NCBI GenBank assembly: GCA_951406725.2
Contig: OX597840.1
Location: 5,022,001-5,086,000 of the forward strand
From: Octopus vulgaris
Lineage: Eukaryota
Direction of reading: 5' to 3'
DNA: 64,000 nucleotides
The position numbers and the translations under genes were made by a program. The notes beneath the pieces are model-generated. The model was not told the origin of the DNA and did not search any database. It saw only the letters and a list, made by a program, of their open reading frames with translations. This document shows, piece after piece, positions 28,696 through 42,683 of the stretch. Each line of letters starts with the position of its first letter. Position 1 is the stretch's first letter.

Positions 28696-28834
28696 GCACA
28701 TATACACATATATACACGCTCTTACTTGTTAATCATTAGGTCTGGCGTTTCGAACCAAACATCGCGCCACCTTCGTCGCCTTCAACCGGCACGAAAAAAA
28801 AACCCACCACCATCCCACTACTGCTACTACTACA

Positions 28835-28883
<49 letters not shown>

Positions 28884-29261
28884 TCACCCAGCTGCTGCTG
28901 ATAAAGTTGATGACGTTGCAGCTGCTGCTGTTGCCTCTGCTGCTACCACTGTTGCCGCTGCTGCTGCTGCTGTTACGGTTAGTACCGCCATTGTAGCTGT
29001 TGCAACCAGCAAGGCAAAGCAAGCAAGCCTACTTTCACTTTCACTTTCGGTTTTCGCCCTACTCCCACCAGCACTCCTGCTGCTACCATAACAACCGTTA
29101 GGTCTCTGCTTACTCCCCCTCACTCGCGTTTCTTTCTTTCTTTCTTTCTTTGTTTATTTCCTCTTTTTGTGCTGTTTCTATCTTACATATCGCGTTTCAT
29201 CCCCTTCGTTTCCAGTCTCGTCTGTATTCTCCATTCTCAACCCACTCACACAACTATACAC

Positions 29262-29407
<146 letters not shown>

Positions 29408-30038
29408 GTATATATATATGTATATATATTTATATGTATATATATGTGTGTGTGTGTGTTTGTGTGTGTATGTATGTATACTTAAGCAGATATACTATCA
29501 AAGCATGTATACTTTCTATCTCTGTCTGTCTGTCTGTCTGTCTCCCTGTCTCTCTGTCTCTCTATCTATCTATCTATTTATCTCTGAGACACGTTCGCTC
29601 GCACATGTGTGGGACTATATAGCTAGATAGAGAGAGAGAAAGAGAAAAAGAGAGAGAGAAAGACAGAGAGAGATGGATGGACGAATGGCTTTATAAGCAG
29701 AGAGATGTGTGCTTGTGTGCATATATATATATAAACACATACGTGTATATGTATATATATAATCATATAGATACATTCATATACACACACATACGCACCA
29801 GAGTGACATTAGGTACAAACTATATATTACATGGTCTCTTGACTACAAGAAATAGTCGCTAAATCTATATCAATTTGCGTTTCCCTTAATGAATAAAAGC
29901 GAAAAACGAATCAAGTCACCTGTTGAAAAGAAATTCCTCAACACGTCTTGGAAACACAGAGAACTATTGTCATTATTTCCTTAATGGTTAATAAAAAAAA
30001 TCTTGTGGTTAAAGAAATCCTCATCATCATCATCATCA

Positions 30039-30151
<113 letters not shown>

Positions 30152-30705
30152 GAGTGAGAGAGCAGTGCATGCCATCAAAGTGACACTGGGATAAAATATA
30201 CGAAGCCCAGTATGCCCATCATGATCACCCGTCTGATAAGGGTACACCAGGCACATGCATCACAACCATATGTGTGTGACCTGGTGATCTCATATCAAGA
30301 TAAACAGCACATGACCTTACAGGTGGGGCCCAGTTAGAATTTTCTTCTGGTCGAGTAACCCATCCCGCTCAAAAGGTCCCTGAATAAGGGTTGTTTAAGG
30401 ATGATGAACGAAACAACCATGTTTCCAGAGGTGAATTATTCAAACCTCAAAGAATCCCTCTCAACACATGGCTATGATGCTCCCCCACTACTTCTGCGCG
30501 TGATCAGAGATGCACATATCGTCAGCCACTAAGGGACATGCTCAAGTGGTTAAGGTCAAACAACTGACAAGCAAATATGTGGTATTGAGCAGAATATTTG
30601 CTGTAGCCCATCTTTTATACCAAGACAAAACAATGTACATGATAACACTTCCAATCAGTTAAGATCAGAAGCCATGAGAGCCAGTGCCTGGTACTGCATC
30701 AGGGC
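30152..30705 (-). mobile_element. Family E interspersed repeat embedded in (ATT)n (probable non-LTR 3' end or SINE)
   Basis: Highly similar to 40416-40886, with the same terminus GCTCTCTCACTC-(AAT)n on the minus strand. Confidence 0.75.
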
Positions 30706-30711
30706 ATTATA

Positions 30712-30825
<114 letters not shown>

Positions 30826-30918
30826 TGTTGTCTCAGTTCTTTCGTGGTTTCTTTGTTTATGTTGAAAGTTTTTATTTATAGTATCCTTCATGTGACCAGC
30901 CTGTTATTTCTAGGTCGG

Positions 30919-30970
<52 letters not shown>

Positions 30971-31610
30971 CATAAATTAATAAATAAAACATATGCATAT
31001 ATACATACATATATGTACGTACCTATCTCCACATGTATATATACATGCATATATGGGTACAGGACACCAAAAAACGTGGAACACAACGAGAAACGAAAAC
31101 ATAAACACAAAACCAAGGAGCTGGACATTTTTCTTAAACAACGAAAAAATAGAGTACAGGACATACAAACACAAGGAAAATTCCCCTTCTTCAGTCGCCA
31201 TGGTTTCATCTACTCTGCGTTTCGAAGGTGAAGGCGATACGCATCTTCGATAGAAACTTTCCTTCCGGCGAAAAGCAAATTAAATAAAATTTGAGATCGT
31301 TTTGCGGCAGGGTAAAAATGGTAACAAAAACAGGACAGTAACGACAGTACAAAATATAAACAGTAAAAGACAGGACAAGGAGAATAACAAGACAAGAAGG
31401 GCTGTTAAGCCGAACGAGAAAAAGTATTACGAACACTATTTTTGAGAACAGCGAAGGAGCAACAGAAAATGCCGTCTACACTTCAAGGAAAGCAGGTCAG
31501 AAAGACAGAAGCAGAACTCTCGTCGCGGGTCAACGACGGGAGGGAGGAGGAGGAGCAAGAGAAAGGGAGAAAAAAAGGGAATGGTTGTGAGGAAACCAGA
31601 AAGAATGAAG

Positions 31611-31644
<34 letters not shown>

Positions 31645-31859
31645 AGGTAGAAGAAAAAGAAACCAGTACATATACACACACCCACATGCATACATATATG
31701 CACACTTATATCTGCTTAAGATAGTAGCATACACAATACACTTACAAATATAAACATACATTCATACTTACACATACATATAGATGGATAATATAGACAC
31801 ACCTTGGCACAAATATATGTATTTGTATACATCCTGCGTGCCACCCGATGTAACCGTAC

Positions 31860-31993
31860 CATGCATCCTGTTGTATATATTGACATTGCTGATTACACCC
31901 GAATAGCAGGCTATCAACATTGTCAGGATCCAAGCCAAGGCCGGAATACTTCTGACGTAGAAAATCCAAGTTTCACGACGATTATACCGTCAT
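31860..31993 (-). CDS. Candidate signal-peptide-encoding exon (needs a 1-nt frameshift, or the internal Met at 31920)
   Basis: Frame reads RRETWIFYVRSIPALAWILTMLIACYSGVISNVNIYNRMH, with phase-1 donors G|GTACGG (31860) or AAG|GTGTGT (31803). The ATG at 31993 is out of frame by one base. Confidence 0.2.
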
Positions 31994-32269
31994 ATGGTTT
32001 GACGAAGATTAAATAATCCAATGAAAAGAAGGCAAAGAATATTCTTTAACACATCTTTAATTATAAGTTGCACATGTTTCCGAACCGTTTCCATTTACAA
32101 CGCTAGTTTACGCGAAAATTCTCAATGGAAAATTACGTAATATTTGCGGTTTTAGGCATTGGAGAGGCACTTCTTCAGACTCTCATCAAAGTCATGCTGT
32201 TACATTGCGCGTCTATCAGACGTTGTTAGGAAAGTAGCGGGAGGAAATAAAAAGGAAAAATGAAAAGTA

Positions 32270-32793
32270 GCGTAAATCCTCGAGTATAATCCGCATTTTC
32301 CCCCCAAAATTTAAAGGTCAAAATCCCCAGTGCGTACTTTATACGAGGTTAAAAATGAAAAATATTTCCTAAGCAATGTCCGAGTCTCTATTTGCTGTCC
32401 GGCAATTTTTATCCCTACGCATTTTGTGATGTCGGGCGGGAAAATACCTTAAGCTAAGCCTGAAAGCAATGAAGTCATAAAAGAATCATCCATAACTTGC
32501 AGTAAGCAACATTTATTGAAATAAAAGTATTCAGAACACAGAATAACATATAACAAAAACAATTTGAAAACATATTTACATTCCCATATAACAGTTAAGA
32601 ACATCACCATTATTGCATTACGCATGCGCGGAAGTGTTTGTTCGACTAGGTGCTGCTGGCTTAATTACGCACGACTCAAGTTAGAGAAGGGGTGTGTATT
32701 ATACGCAAGGTTTAGGTTTTTTTCCGAGGTACAGCCCTCAAGAACTCCCCTGCGCATTATACTCAAGGGCGGACTATACTCGAGGATTTACGG
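32270..32793. mobile_element. Tc1/mariner-superfamily (pogo/Tigger-like) MITE
   Basis: TA|GCGTAAATCCTCGAGTATAATCCGC ... GCGGACTATACTCGAGGATTTACGG|TA. Confidence 0.85.
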
Positions 32794-33388
32794 TATACAT
32801 GGGGGATGTGTCTGTGGGGAAAGGAGAAGAAGGAGAAGAAGAAGAAGAAGAAGAAGAAGAAGAAGAAGAAGAAGAAGAAGAAGAAGAAGAAGAAGAAGAA
32901 GAAGAACAAGAAGAACAAGAACAAGAACAAGAACAAAAAGAACAAGAAGAAGAACAAGAAGAAGAACAAGAAGAAGAAGAAGAAGAAGAAGAAATACAGT
33001 GGGCAGTGCTGCATATAGCAAAATGGTTTATCCAGTCGTAGAGGCAGAATCATTGTTACCAAAATTCGTCCGATGGAAGACGATGTCTGCGGCAACTTAG
33101 AGTGAAAAGATCTATTAAAGAGATAACTAGACAATTGTCCGGAGTCAAAGGATGAGGATGTTAAGGATGTCCGTCATAGGGGGACCTTGGAAAAGAGATG
33201 CAAGTAGGAATAGTAAAAGACGAACATACATACACAGGAAATGTACATAGATACACACACACACACACTTACACACTCACACACACACACACTCGCGTCC
33301 TCACTGACACACCCACACACAACCACACACACACACAGATACATACACACTCATACATACACACCCATACGCATACACACAGACCCAC

Positions 33389-33432
<44 letters not shown>

Positions 33433-33997
33433 TACATATATATATATGCGCGTATACATGCATACACACTCATATAAAAATCCATACACGCACACACAGA
33501 GACTCCCACATGATCGTATAGGTATATCAGTATATCCATATAGACACGTATATATATATATCACTCTCCCCAGAACCCCCACTCTACCCCAACCCCCAGC
33601 TGAACCCACACCCCACATGGGCTTTCCCCACTCTCGCCCCCCACCTCCCCACACATCACACCACACTACACTACACCAGACGACACTACACTACACCATA
33701 CGACATTAAACTACACTACACTACACCATACTATACTACACCATACGACATTACACATCACATCATACATACACACGTCCAGACCTTTCATACGCACATA
33801 CATACTCTCTTATACACACACGCATCCTTATGTTGGGGCGAGGTCACTTGACTCTGTTATCTACCCTACTATCCCTCTAGCGTCTAACGTCTGATCTCTG
33901 ACTTCTGGCTGAAATCAGAACGCCATGTTGAATCGCTAGCTTCTGCACGCATTTTTTTTTTCTATCCTTGTTTCTCTCCTTGTTTCTTTTCTGTGTA

Positions 33998-34035
33998 TCT
34001 TTCTGTTGAAGAGCGTAGGCTCGAAACGTAAAAGA
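33998..34035 (+). ncRNA. Minimal type I hammerhead ribozyme-like motif (A6U variant)
   Basis: TCTTT-CTGTTGA-A-GAGC(GTAG)GCTC-GAAAC-GTA-AAAGA: stem I UCUUU/AAAGA, stem II GAGC/GCUC, palindromic ACGU stem III, GUA site. Confidence 0.55.
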
Positions 34036-34583
34036 CTTGTTTTATTTCTATTCCGGAGCGCCATACTAATACAATTGTTTGTTTGTACTCCACGTGCCTT
34101 CGTCTTTTGCTTATTTTCGTAAACCTTCCCGTTATATATATATATATATATATCAAGTACCATAAAACATAAATTGTCTATCTTTTAAAATTATTTACCT
34201 CTTTATTATGGTATGTCATAATTACAAAATGGTAATTAAGATCCAACTCCATTTGAGAAGGGCAAGTATGCTCGAGATTCAAGGATTCTCCAAAACTGAC
34301 ATGCCATTCAGAAATAGGGCAGGCTTATTTCTCCGGAGATAGGTAAGAAAACATTTGTGGACATGTGTGTCTGGCTCAGAAGCAATCGTCAGCAATACAA
34401 GCGCCCGACCTTAAAGAAAATGATGGTTGCTGAATTGCTTACACTGTGTTTCACAGTTCCGATTATTCATATGACTGAACTTAGAGGAGTGTCGGGACTA
34501 AGGAAAATATTCAAATATTTCAATTTCCAAATTTTATTAATACTAAACGCGTAACTAACACTTCTGTTCGAATTTTAATTAAA

Positions 34584-35025
34584 GGCGTAGGAGTGGCTGT
34601 GTGGTAAGTAGCTTGCTTACCAGCCAAATGGTTCCGGGTTCAGTTCCACTGCATGGTACCTTGGGCAAGTGTCTTCTACTATTGCCTCGAACCGACCGAA
34701 GCATTGTGAGTGGATTTGGTAGACGGAAACTGAAAGGAGCCCGTCGTATATATGTATATATATATATATATATACATATATATATGTGTGTGTGTGAGTG
34801 TATGTGTGTGTGTGTGTATATGTTTGTGTGTCTGTGTTTGTCCCCCAACATCGCTTGACAACCGATGGTGGTGTGTTTACGTCCTCGTAACTTAGCGGTT
34901 CGGCAAAAGAGACCGATAGAGACCTGGGCTTACAAAGAATAAGTACTGGGGTCGATTTGCTCGACTAAAGGCGGTGCTCCAGCATGGTCACATTCAAATG
35001 ACTGAAACAAGTAAAAGTGTAAAAA
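34584..35025 (+). mobile_element. SINE family A, full length
   Basis: Head, body and tail as in the other copies. Confidence 0.9.
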
Positions 35026-35476
35026 AGAACATGTATATTTTCTTATTCAGAAGAATAAACAAAGGCGAAATATTTTGAACATGAAGGAATCGGCTATTAT
35101 TAATAAAGCTTGGATTTTAGTAACTGAATGTTTCACAGTCAGTATATGACACTCCTTCAGTGTCTAGCATATTATATTTCTCATAAATGAACTACTTTAA
35201 CTAGTTGCTCATAGAAAATTCTTTAACAAATATTGACGGGAGTGTCTGCACTAATCCACCCGTACTGATCATTTGTTTAAAATTTCAAAAGCTAGTGACG
35301 GAATATTATATTCATCTAGAACAGTTAATGAAGGGGGATGTTACGTGTTCTAAATCGGTCCAATCGATTTATTGCATTGCTGTTAACATTATCACCCTTT
35401 AAGCTTCAGAGATAATAGAATTTCTGAACGTATACATGTGTTGCAAGAAACTTTCTTTAAAATGATTTCCAAGAAC

Positions 35477-35512
<36 letters not shown>

Positions 35513-36205
35513 TTTCACACACGCACGCGCATTCACTCACACACATTTATGAGTGAACAAACAGAAGAAACTAGCACTCGTCACAATTGGTAAGAATTAA
35601 GTGTATTTAACAACAGTTTGACTCAACTCCATATAACTTCAAAATTTCGTGTGTGCATAGGATGCATCCACCTCATCAGATGCTTGGACAGAGTGGAGAG
35701 TTTGAAAGAAAATCAAAATGGCATCTAGGTGTTTAGACTTTTATTAGTTAGCTGCGGCCACGTATCTGTAATGATAGTAGTACAACCACGGGACCGCATT
35801 TTCTTTAGTTTCTCTAAATTTAGTTCCATGTGTTGCAGACAAAATACTGAGATATTGGCATGATTCTGGCATCTCATATGCATACATACATATATATATA
35901 TGCGCGCGTGTATGTATGTATATATATATATATATATATATATAAATGGATGAATGAATTATCCTTTGTTTACCGTTAACATGGAAAATTCAATAAACAG
36001 TTACAAGGGTAGCAAAATTCACGCAAATAACAAGGATGTAGCGACCTTTTCAAAGGTAGAAACTCCGGGTAAATGTGCAGTAATTTGTGTAGTATAAGTA
36101 AATAAATGGATTTTATTCCTTTGGAATAAAATCAATGTTGTCTTCGAAACATATGTCGAAAGTAAAAGAATTTGAATAGCATCTGCGTTCAACTCCATTT
36201 ATTTA

Positions 36206-36270
<65 letters not shown>

Positions 36271-36273
<3 letters not shown>

Positions 36274-37540
36274 GGGTACCCCCAAAGAAACCGGAATTTT
36301 GTAATATTATTTTATTCACTTTTTACAGGTTTACACTGTTATCGCATCAAATTATTCTTCATTTGAACAGTACGCGTTTTCCACTGTTCGAAGCAGTCCT
36401 GGAACTCTTGCGAAATGATGCCTTTTAACGCCTCCGTCGTTTCTATTTTTTTTTTTTACCTTTTCCACATCTACAAAACGTTTCCATTTAAGGATTTTTT
36501 TCATTCGGGAGAACAAAAAAAAGTCAGAGAGAGAAAGATCGGGTGATAAGGGAGGGTCGGCAAGCGGTGTCATGCTATTTTTGGCCAAAAACTATCTCAC
36601 ACTCAAGGCACTTTGCCACAGGTCGGGGTGTTTTCGTCTCATCTCGTAAAATCTCTGGTTAACAGTTTGACCAGGAGGAACAAATTCTTAGACAATAGAC
36701 AATGCAAATTCTTAGTAGACAATTACTTTCGCATCGATGAAACCCAATCAACATCGTCATAACAATGAACTTCACTTGATGCGCTTTTGGGGGACGTAGT
36801 GACCTTGAATGCTTGCATTGGCTTGACTGCTGCTTCGTTTCGGGGTCGTAGCCGTAGCACCAGCTTTCGTCACTAGTGAAGACCTTCGAAACAAGGTCCG
36901 GATCAACTTCCAACGGTTCTTTCAATTCAAGAAACGCATTCATTCGTGTCAGCTTTTTATCTTCTGTGAGCAAGTGAGGCACAAATTTTACTGCAACTCT
37001 TTTCATTCGCAATTCCTCGCTCAAAATTCGTTGGCAGGAGCTCCAAGACACACACCAGTCATATCAACAAGTTCGTCAATGGTTCGGTGACGGTCCACCA
37101 AGATCAATTCATGAATTTTCATGATGTTTTCATTCGTTCCGGAGGTTGACCGTTGCCCTGAACGGGAATGGTCTTGAAGCAACAAGTGACTATTCCTAAA
37201 GCGTGAAAAACCACTCGTAAGCTTGTGCTTTACACATGGCAGCGTCCTTGTAATATGTTTGAAGCATGACAACTGTTTCGGCCACCGATTTCCCAAGCAG
37301 AAAACAGGATTTCACAGAAGCACGTTGTTCTTTCGTTTCAGCCATCGCAAAATTCGACGAAGACAGGAGATGCACAGCAAAACAATGACGCACCACATGG
37401 CAATACGACTTCACTGGACGTCGCTGATCGGCAGACTGATGCCTGGGGATCGCATGAAGTGGCTTCTACGGGTGGAAGTCTAACCTACAACTGGCTTGCC
37501 CCACAAAGAATGCTTCTGGTTACTTTTGGGTACCTCCTCG
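36271..37540 (-). mobile_element. Degenerate mariner transposon with both TIRs
   Basis: TIRs GAGGGGTACCCCCAAAGAAACCGGAA and its imperfect reverse complement. Transposase remnants EQRASVK.CF.LGKS, FVPHLL, TSDESWCYGYDPE, PPLSPDL..SDFFLF. The HDNA segment is deleted. Confidence 0.9.
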
Positions 37541-37570
37541 TGTGTGTGTATGTATGTATGTATATATATA

Positions 37571-38284
37571 GTAGAAATATGTTACAAAAAGAAAATATAA
37601 AATACACGTGGAAATGTAAGGGTAAAATATGAAAAATCAACGAAAATGCACATTGCAAATAAAAAAAAGGCTATTTATGACAAGTAACGACAAATATATA
37701 CATTTAGATTGACTGAGGTAGTAATACGAGTCATAAAGGTCATTATCATGAGATGATTATAAGATGCTTAACCACATACTGAATTTTAGAAATAGCTAGG
37801 TTCTTTGGCTGCTATTTCTAAAGTTCGGTATGTGGTTAAGCAAATTTTTTTGCAAAACCCTAATTATAATTATATTCAGAATTATAAATAATATTGTTTA
37901 AGTTTACCGTAAATGGTCCTTTTAACATGTCGAATACTATTTGGTGGAATTATTAATTAACTAATTAATTTTACCCTTTATTATTATTATTATTGATAAT
38001 ATATATGTATTAGACCTGACACCGTGTATTAGACGGTGTTTTTCAAGCTATGAATAGCTTTGCGTAAACCATGATTCGCTTTCCTCTCTTACTTTATTAT
38101 CATTTTATAATCATCTCTTAATAATGACTTTTATTACTACCTCAGTCAATCTAAATGTATATATTTGTCGTTACCTGTCATAAATAGCCTTTTTTTATTT
38201 GCAATGTGCATTTCCGTTGATTTTTCATATTTTACCCTTACATTTCCACGTGTATTTTATATTTTCTTTTTGTAACATATTTCT

Positions 38285-38287
<3 letters not shown>
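37571..38287. mobile_element. Foldback/MITE with ~195-bp inverted arms and an internal hairpin
   Basis: 37571-37767 is the reverse complement of ~38101-38287. Inner palindrome at 37768-37840, with TA microsatellites on both flanks. Confidence 0.8.
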
Positions 38288-38329
<42 letters not shown>

Positions 38330-38333
<4 letters not shown>

Positions 38334-38643
38334 GTCATAAAATGCTCGGGCTGCCACCAAGACTACGTGGGATCCACGGGACTATCACTCAGACGTAGAT
38401 GCACACTGCATCGACAACAGATTGCATTCCCAGAATACAGAATGATACCCTTTAGTGAGCACATTGAAAAATGCGCAAAGCAACTACTACCACAATTTTT
38501 AATCTTTCCATTCTACTAATGTGCTATCGGAACACCAACACAAATTAGACTAAACAAAGAAACATTCTTCATTGAAAAATACAAGCCCAAACTTAACCAT
38601 TCCAATATACTTATACAGAGAAACTCAATCCAAAAGAAAGGCA

Positions 38644-38648
<5 letters not shown>
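38330..38648 (+). pseudogene. Penelope-type GIY-YIG endonuclease fragment
   Basis: YVIKCSGCHQDYVGST...RRRCTLHRQQI...SEHIEKC...IFPFY*...ETFFIEKYKPKLN, similar to 24579-24845. Confidence 0.85.
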
Positions 38649-38681
<33 letters not shown>

Positions 38682-39092
38682 TATGTAATTTCAATACAGA
38701 GCAAATAACTCACGAGAAAAATAATTCACGAAAAAATAATTTTCGAAGATACCATTGACTCTATTATTATCTGGTGTAACAATTTATAAATGATAATAAC
38801 AGAATAAATAATATAAGCGATTGCAGCCCCGCACCCAAAGCATTAAATAGCTGAAGGATTAAAATTAATCAAAGGACATACTAGGTATGTCTACCTGCTG
38901 GACATAACAGAAACCGGTTCCAAATATTTGAATGTATGGTGAGAGACTGCCTTAGCCGTTTGCCTTTGGACGGTTGATTTCTGTAGTTACTATTAGTGTA
39001 CTTTGGTGATTTAAAAAAGAGTTTTGACTGTTATTTCCAGCAGGTAGACATACTTAGTACGTCCTTTGATTAATTTTATATATATATATATA

Positions 39093-40165
39093 TTAGGTTG
39101 TCAAGAAAGTTCTTGTGGTTTTTAACCTTTAAATTCAGATGTACATATCTTGGCTCAAACAAAACTTTATTAATCGAAATAAAAACCATCAGAATCGACA
39201 CACTTTTGCCAACGCGAAACAAGTTTATTTATGTTAGTAGCGTAAAAATCCTGTGTTCTGGTAGCGATGAATTTGTTGAAGGTGTGTTTGGCATTGTCTT
39301 GGCTTTTGAAGCATTTCCCACGCAGGAAGTTGTCGAGAAGCTTGAAAAAGAGGTAGTCGATAGGTGAAAGGTCTGGTGAGTATGGCGGATGAGACAGAGT
39401 TTCGTAGCCCAATTCGTTCAACTTCTGCAGGGTCAATTGTGCGACGTGCAGCCGAGCGTTGTCGTGGAGAATAATTGGTCCTTTTCTATTGACCAATGCT
39501 GGCTGTTGTCGGACTTTCTTATGCATTTCATCCATTTGCTGACAGTACTTCTCCGCCGTAATGGTTTCGCCTGGATCCAAAAAGCTGTGATGGATGAGAC
39601 CGACCCAAGACCACCAAACAGTCACCATGATCTTCTTTTGGTGCAACTTTGGCTTCGGGAAGTACCGTGGAGCCTCGTCGGCATCCAACCAATGAGCTGA
39701 GCGTCACCAGTTATCGTAAAGAATCCACTTTTCATCGTAAGTGACAGTCCGGTCGAGAAACGGGTCATTCTTGTTGCATAGAAGAAGGGAAGACGACACT
39801 TCAAAACGAAGTTTGTTTTTTTTTCTCGTTCAATTCGTGCGGCACCAATTTCTCAAATACTTTTGTTTTTCCAATCTCTTTCAAGTGGTTGGAAATTGTC
39901 GTATACGTTACGTCTAATTCAGAAGCAAGCTCTCGAACAGTTGTGCGTGGATTGACTTCGACTAAGGCTCTTAGTTGATCGTTGTCAACATCTGATGGCC
40001 GACCACTACGCTTATCATCTGCAAGACTCTCGCCACCGCTACGAAATTTCTTGAACCACCATTGTGCTGTACGTTCATTAGTGGTTCCTGGGCCAAACGT
40101 ATCGTTGATATCGCGAGCTGTTTCAGCAGCTTTTCAGCCTAGCTTGAACTGGAATAAGAAAATGT
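39093..40165 (-). mobile_element. Mariner (cecropia/Hsmar1-like) transposon remnant, DD34D
   Basis: TIR TTAGGTTGTCAAGAAAGTTCTTGTGGTTTT. Motifs VPHEL, TYDEKWILYDN, PKPKLHQKKIMVTVWW, LHDNA, HPPYSPDLSPIDY. Frameshifted, 5' end missing. Confidence 0.9.
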
Positions 40166-40336
40166 TGTATTCAACGTTTGTGGAGTTTCCACAAGCAACA
40201 TTAAGTATTCTTTGTTAAAATTTATATTTTTGTAATTCTTTAAACTTTTTTACACCCCTCTTATGAAACCCTACATTGTATTTTCCTGCACTGTCCTCAA
40301 CTTTCTTTGTGAAACCTTAGTGGTGAATAAAGAAAA

Positions 40337-40387
<51 letters not shown>

Positions 40388-40415
40388 CATCATCATCATC
40401 ATCATTATTATTATT

Positions 40416-40886
40416 GAGTGAGCGAGCAGAGCATGCCATCAAAGTGACACTGGGGTAAAATATACGAAGCCCAGTATACCCATCATGACTACCCGTCTGA
40501 TAAGGGTACACCAGGCACATGCATCACAACCATATGTGCGCGACATGGTGATCTCATATCAAGATAAACAGCACATGACCTTGCAGGTGGAGCCCAGTTA
40601 GAATTTTCTTCAGATCGAGTAACCCATCCCGCTCAAAAGGTCCCTGAATAAGGGTTGTTTAAGGACGTTGAACGAAACACCCATGTTTCCAGAGGTGAAT
40701 TATTGAAACCCCAAAGAATCCTTCTCAACACATGGCTATGATGCTCCCCCACTACTTCTGCTCGTGATCAGAGATGCACATATCCTCAGCCACTAAGGGA
40801 CATGCTCAACTGGTTAAGGTCAAACAACTGACAAGCAAATCTGTGGTATATTTGCTGTAGCCGATCTTTTATACCAAGACAAAACA
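40416..40886 (-). mobile_element. Family E interspersed repeat in (ATT)n, more 5'-truncated copy
   Basis: Matches 30152-30632. Confidence 0.75.
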
Positions 40887-40940
<54 letters not shown>

Positions 40941-42683
40941 TGCATAATTGATACACGCCGGGCATAATGCTTAGCGGCATTTCGTCCGTCCTTAGGTTCT
41001 GAGTTCAAATTCCGCCGAGGTCGACTTTGCTTTTCAAGCTTTCAGGGTTGATAAGTTAAATACCAATGAAATACTTGGGTCGATGTAATCAATTACCCCC
41101 CCTCCTTCCAAATTTTAGGCCTTGTGCCTTTAGTAGAAAGAATTATTATTATTATTGTTATCATTAGTCGAAGTAAACTTGTACGTAACATTCGTTCAGC
41201 TTAGTCATTTCAACGCTCCTTTGGGAATATTTTGCTATTTCAACTTCTGAAAAAGAAGCTTATGAAATCATACACTTACAGATGTGTCCTATTTCCCCTT
41301 TACTTTGTCTATACATAACAACCGAGCACTGTATATGTAAGACTGTATACATCATGTTGTTGAGCTTTTGCTACACATCTCAGGACATAGACTTTGCCCA
41401 CACCTCATATTCCTTCCTTTATCGTCAATAGACTTCTAATCTTTTATTTTTTTACTTGCCTCAGTCACTGGTTCGCGGCCATGCTGGAGTACCTCATTGA
41501 AGAATTTTAGTCGAACAAATTTGACCCATGTCGGTGACTCTTGTCGAATAGCCAAGTTACAGGAACGTAAACAAACCCATACCGGTTGTCAAGCTACTTA
41601 CCACACAGCTACTCCTACGTCTGAAGTCTGACAAACATACCCATCGTTAAGGGGGTGCACTGGACGGCACTGCCCCTCACTATTCTAGTGTGTACTCTCA
41701 GATTTAGAAAATACATTTTACAAAGTCCGGGCCGGAATGCTTCTACAGAAAAATATTTTCTTGGAAGCTTAATATTCATCAGTGGGACCCACAAAAATCT
41801 TATATAGACCCTCACGGATCGTATGCTCCCAGGTTAAGAACCATTGGTCAATCCTTACACTAGGGTTCATATTCTGATCATGGTTTTCGTTTTTTTTTTT
41901 TTTTTGCCTTGACTCGAAGTTTGTAAATATGCAAAAGAGATATTCGTTTTCAAATTTTGGCACGAGTACAAGTTGAAGGGAAAGGGTAGGTCGATTCACA
42001 TTGATTCAAGTACGCAACTGGTACTTAATTTATCGACCTCGAAAGGATGAATGGCAAAATCGACACCGGTAGAATTTGAACCAAGAATGAAACGCTGCTA
42101 AGCTTTTTGTCCGGTGTGCTAACGATTCTGCCGTTTCGCGGCCTTAAACAAGACAAATATTTGTTTCAAATATTGGCACAATTATACCAAATCCACTCAC
42201 AAGGTTTTGGTCGAACAGAGGCTATAGTAGAAGACCCTTGCCCAAGTGAATAGTAAAAATGTACCATTGAATAGTAAGGGGGCAGTGTTGTTCAGTGGAC
42301 CCAAGTAGCGATGGGCATGGACGTATTAAATGCAAGAAACTGCAAGATTTCATTGTCGAACGTTTTACATAGTTCAGCCAAGAGAAGTTAATGTGTGAAA
42401 AACAATATAGGAATTTTGTATCTATAAAAAAGTATCTATAAAAGTATCTATAAAACTAGTTTTTAAAATTGTATAAGGGGTCCATTGGTTAAAAAAAAAC
42501 TGATTGGGAGCCACTGGGATAGACGTTGAGGGCAACAGGCAAATTTTGGCACAAGACCAGCAAATTCAAAGTAGGGGACTAAGTCGATTACATTGACCTC
42601 CGTAATCAGTTGGTATATATTTTACCGATCCCGAAAAGATGAACGGCAAAGTGGATCTCGGCGGCATTTGATCTCACAATAAA

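Noticed and set aside
39170-39688. SETMAR or an intact transposase gene
   Set aside because: No SET domain, frameshifts upstream, and a TIR next to the stop: a decayed mariner.
42283-42516. hAT-like MITE (CAGTG...CACTG)
   Set aside because: Terminal match too short and no 8-bp TSD visible.
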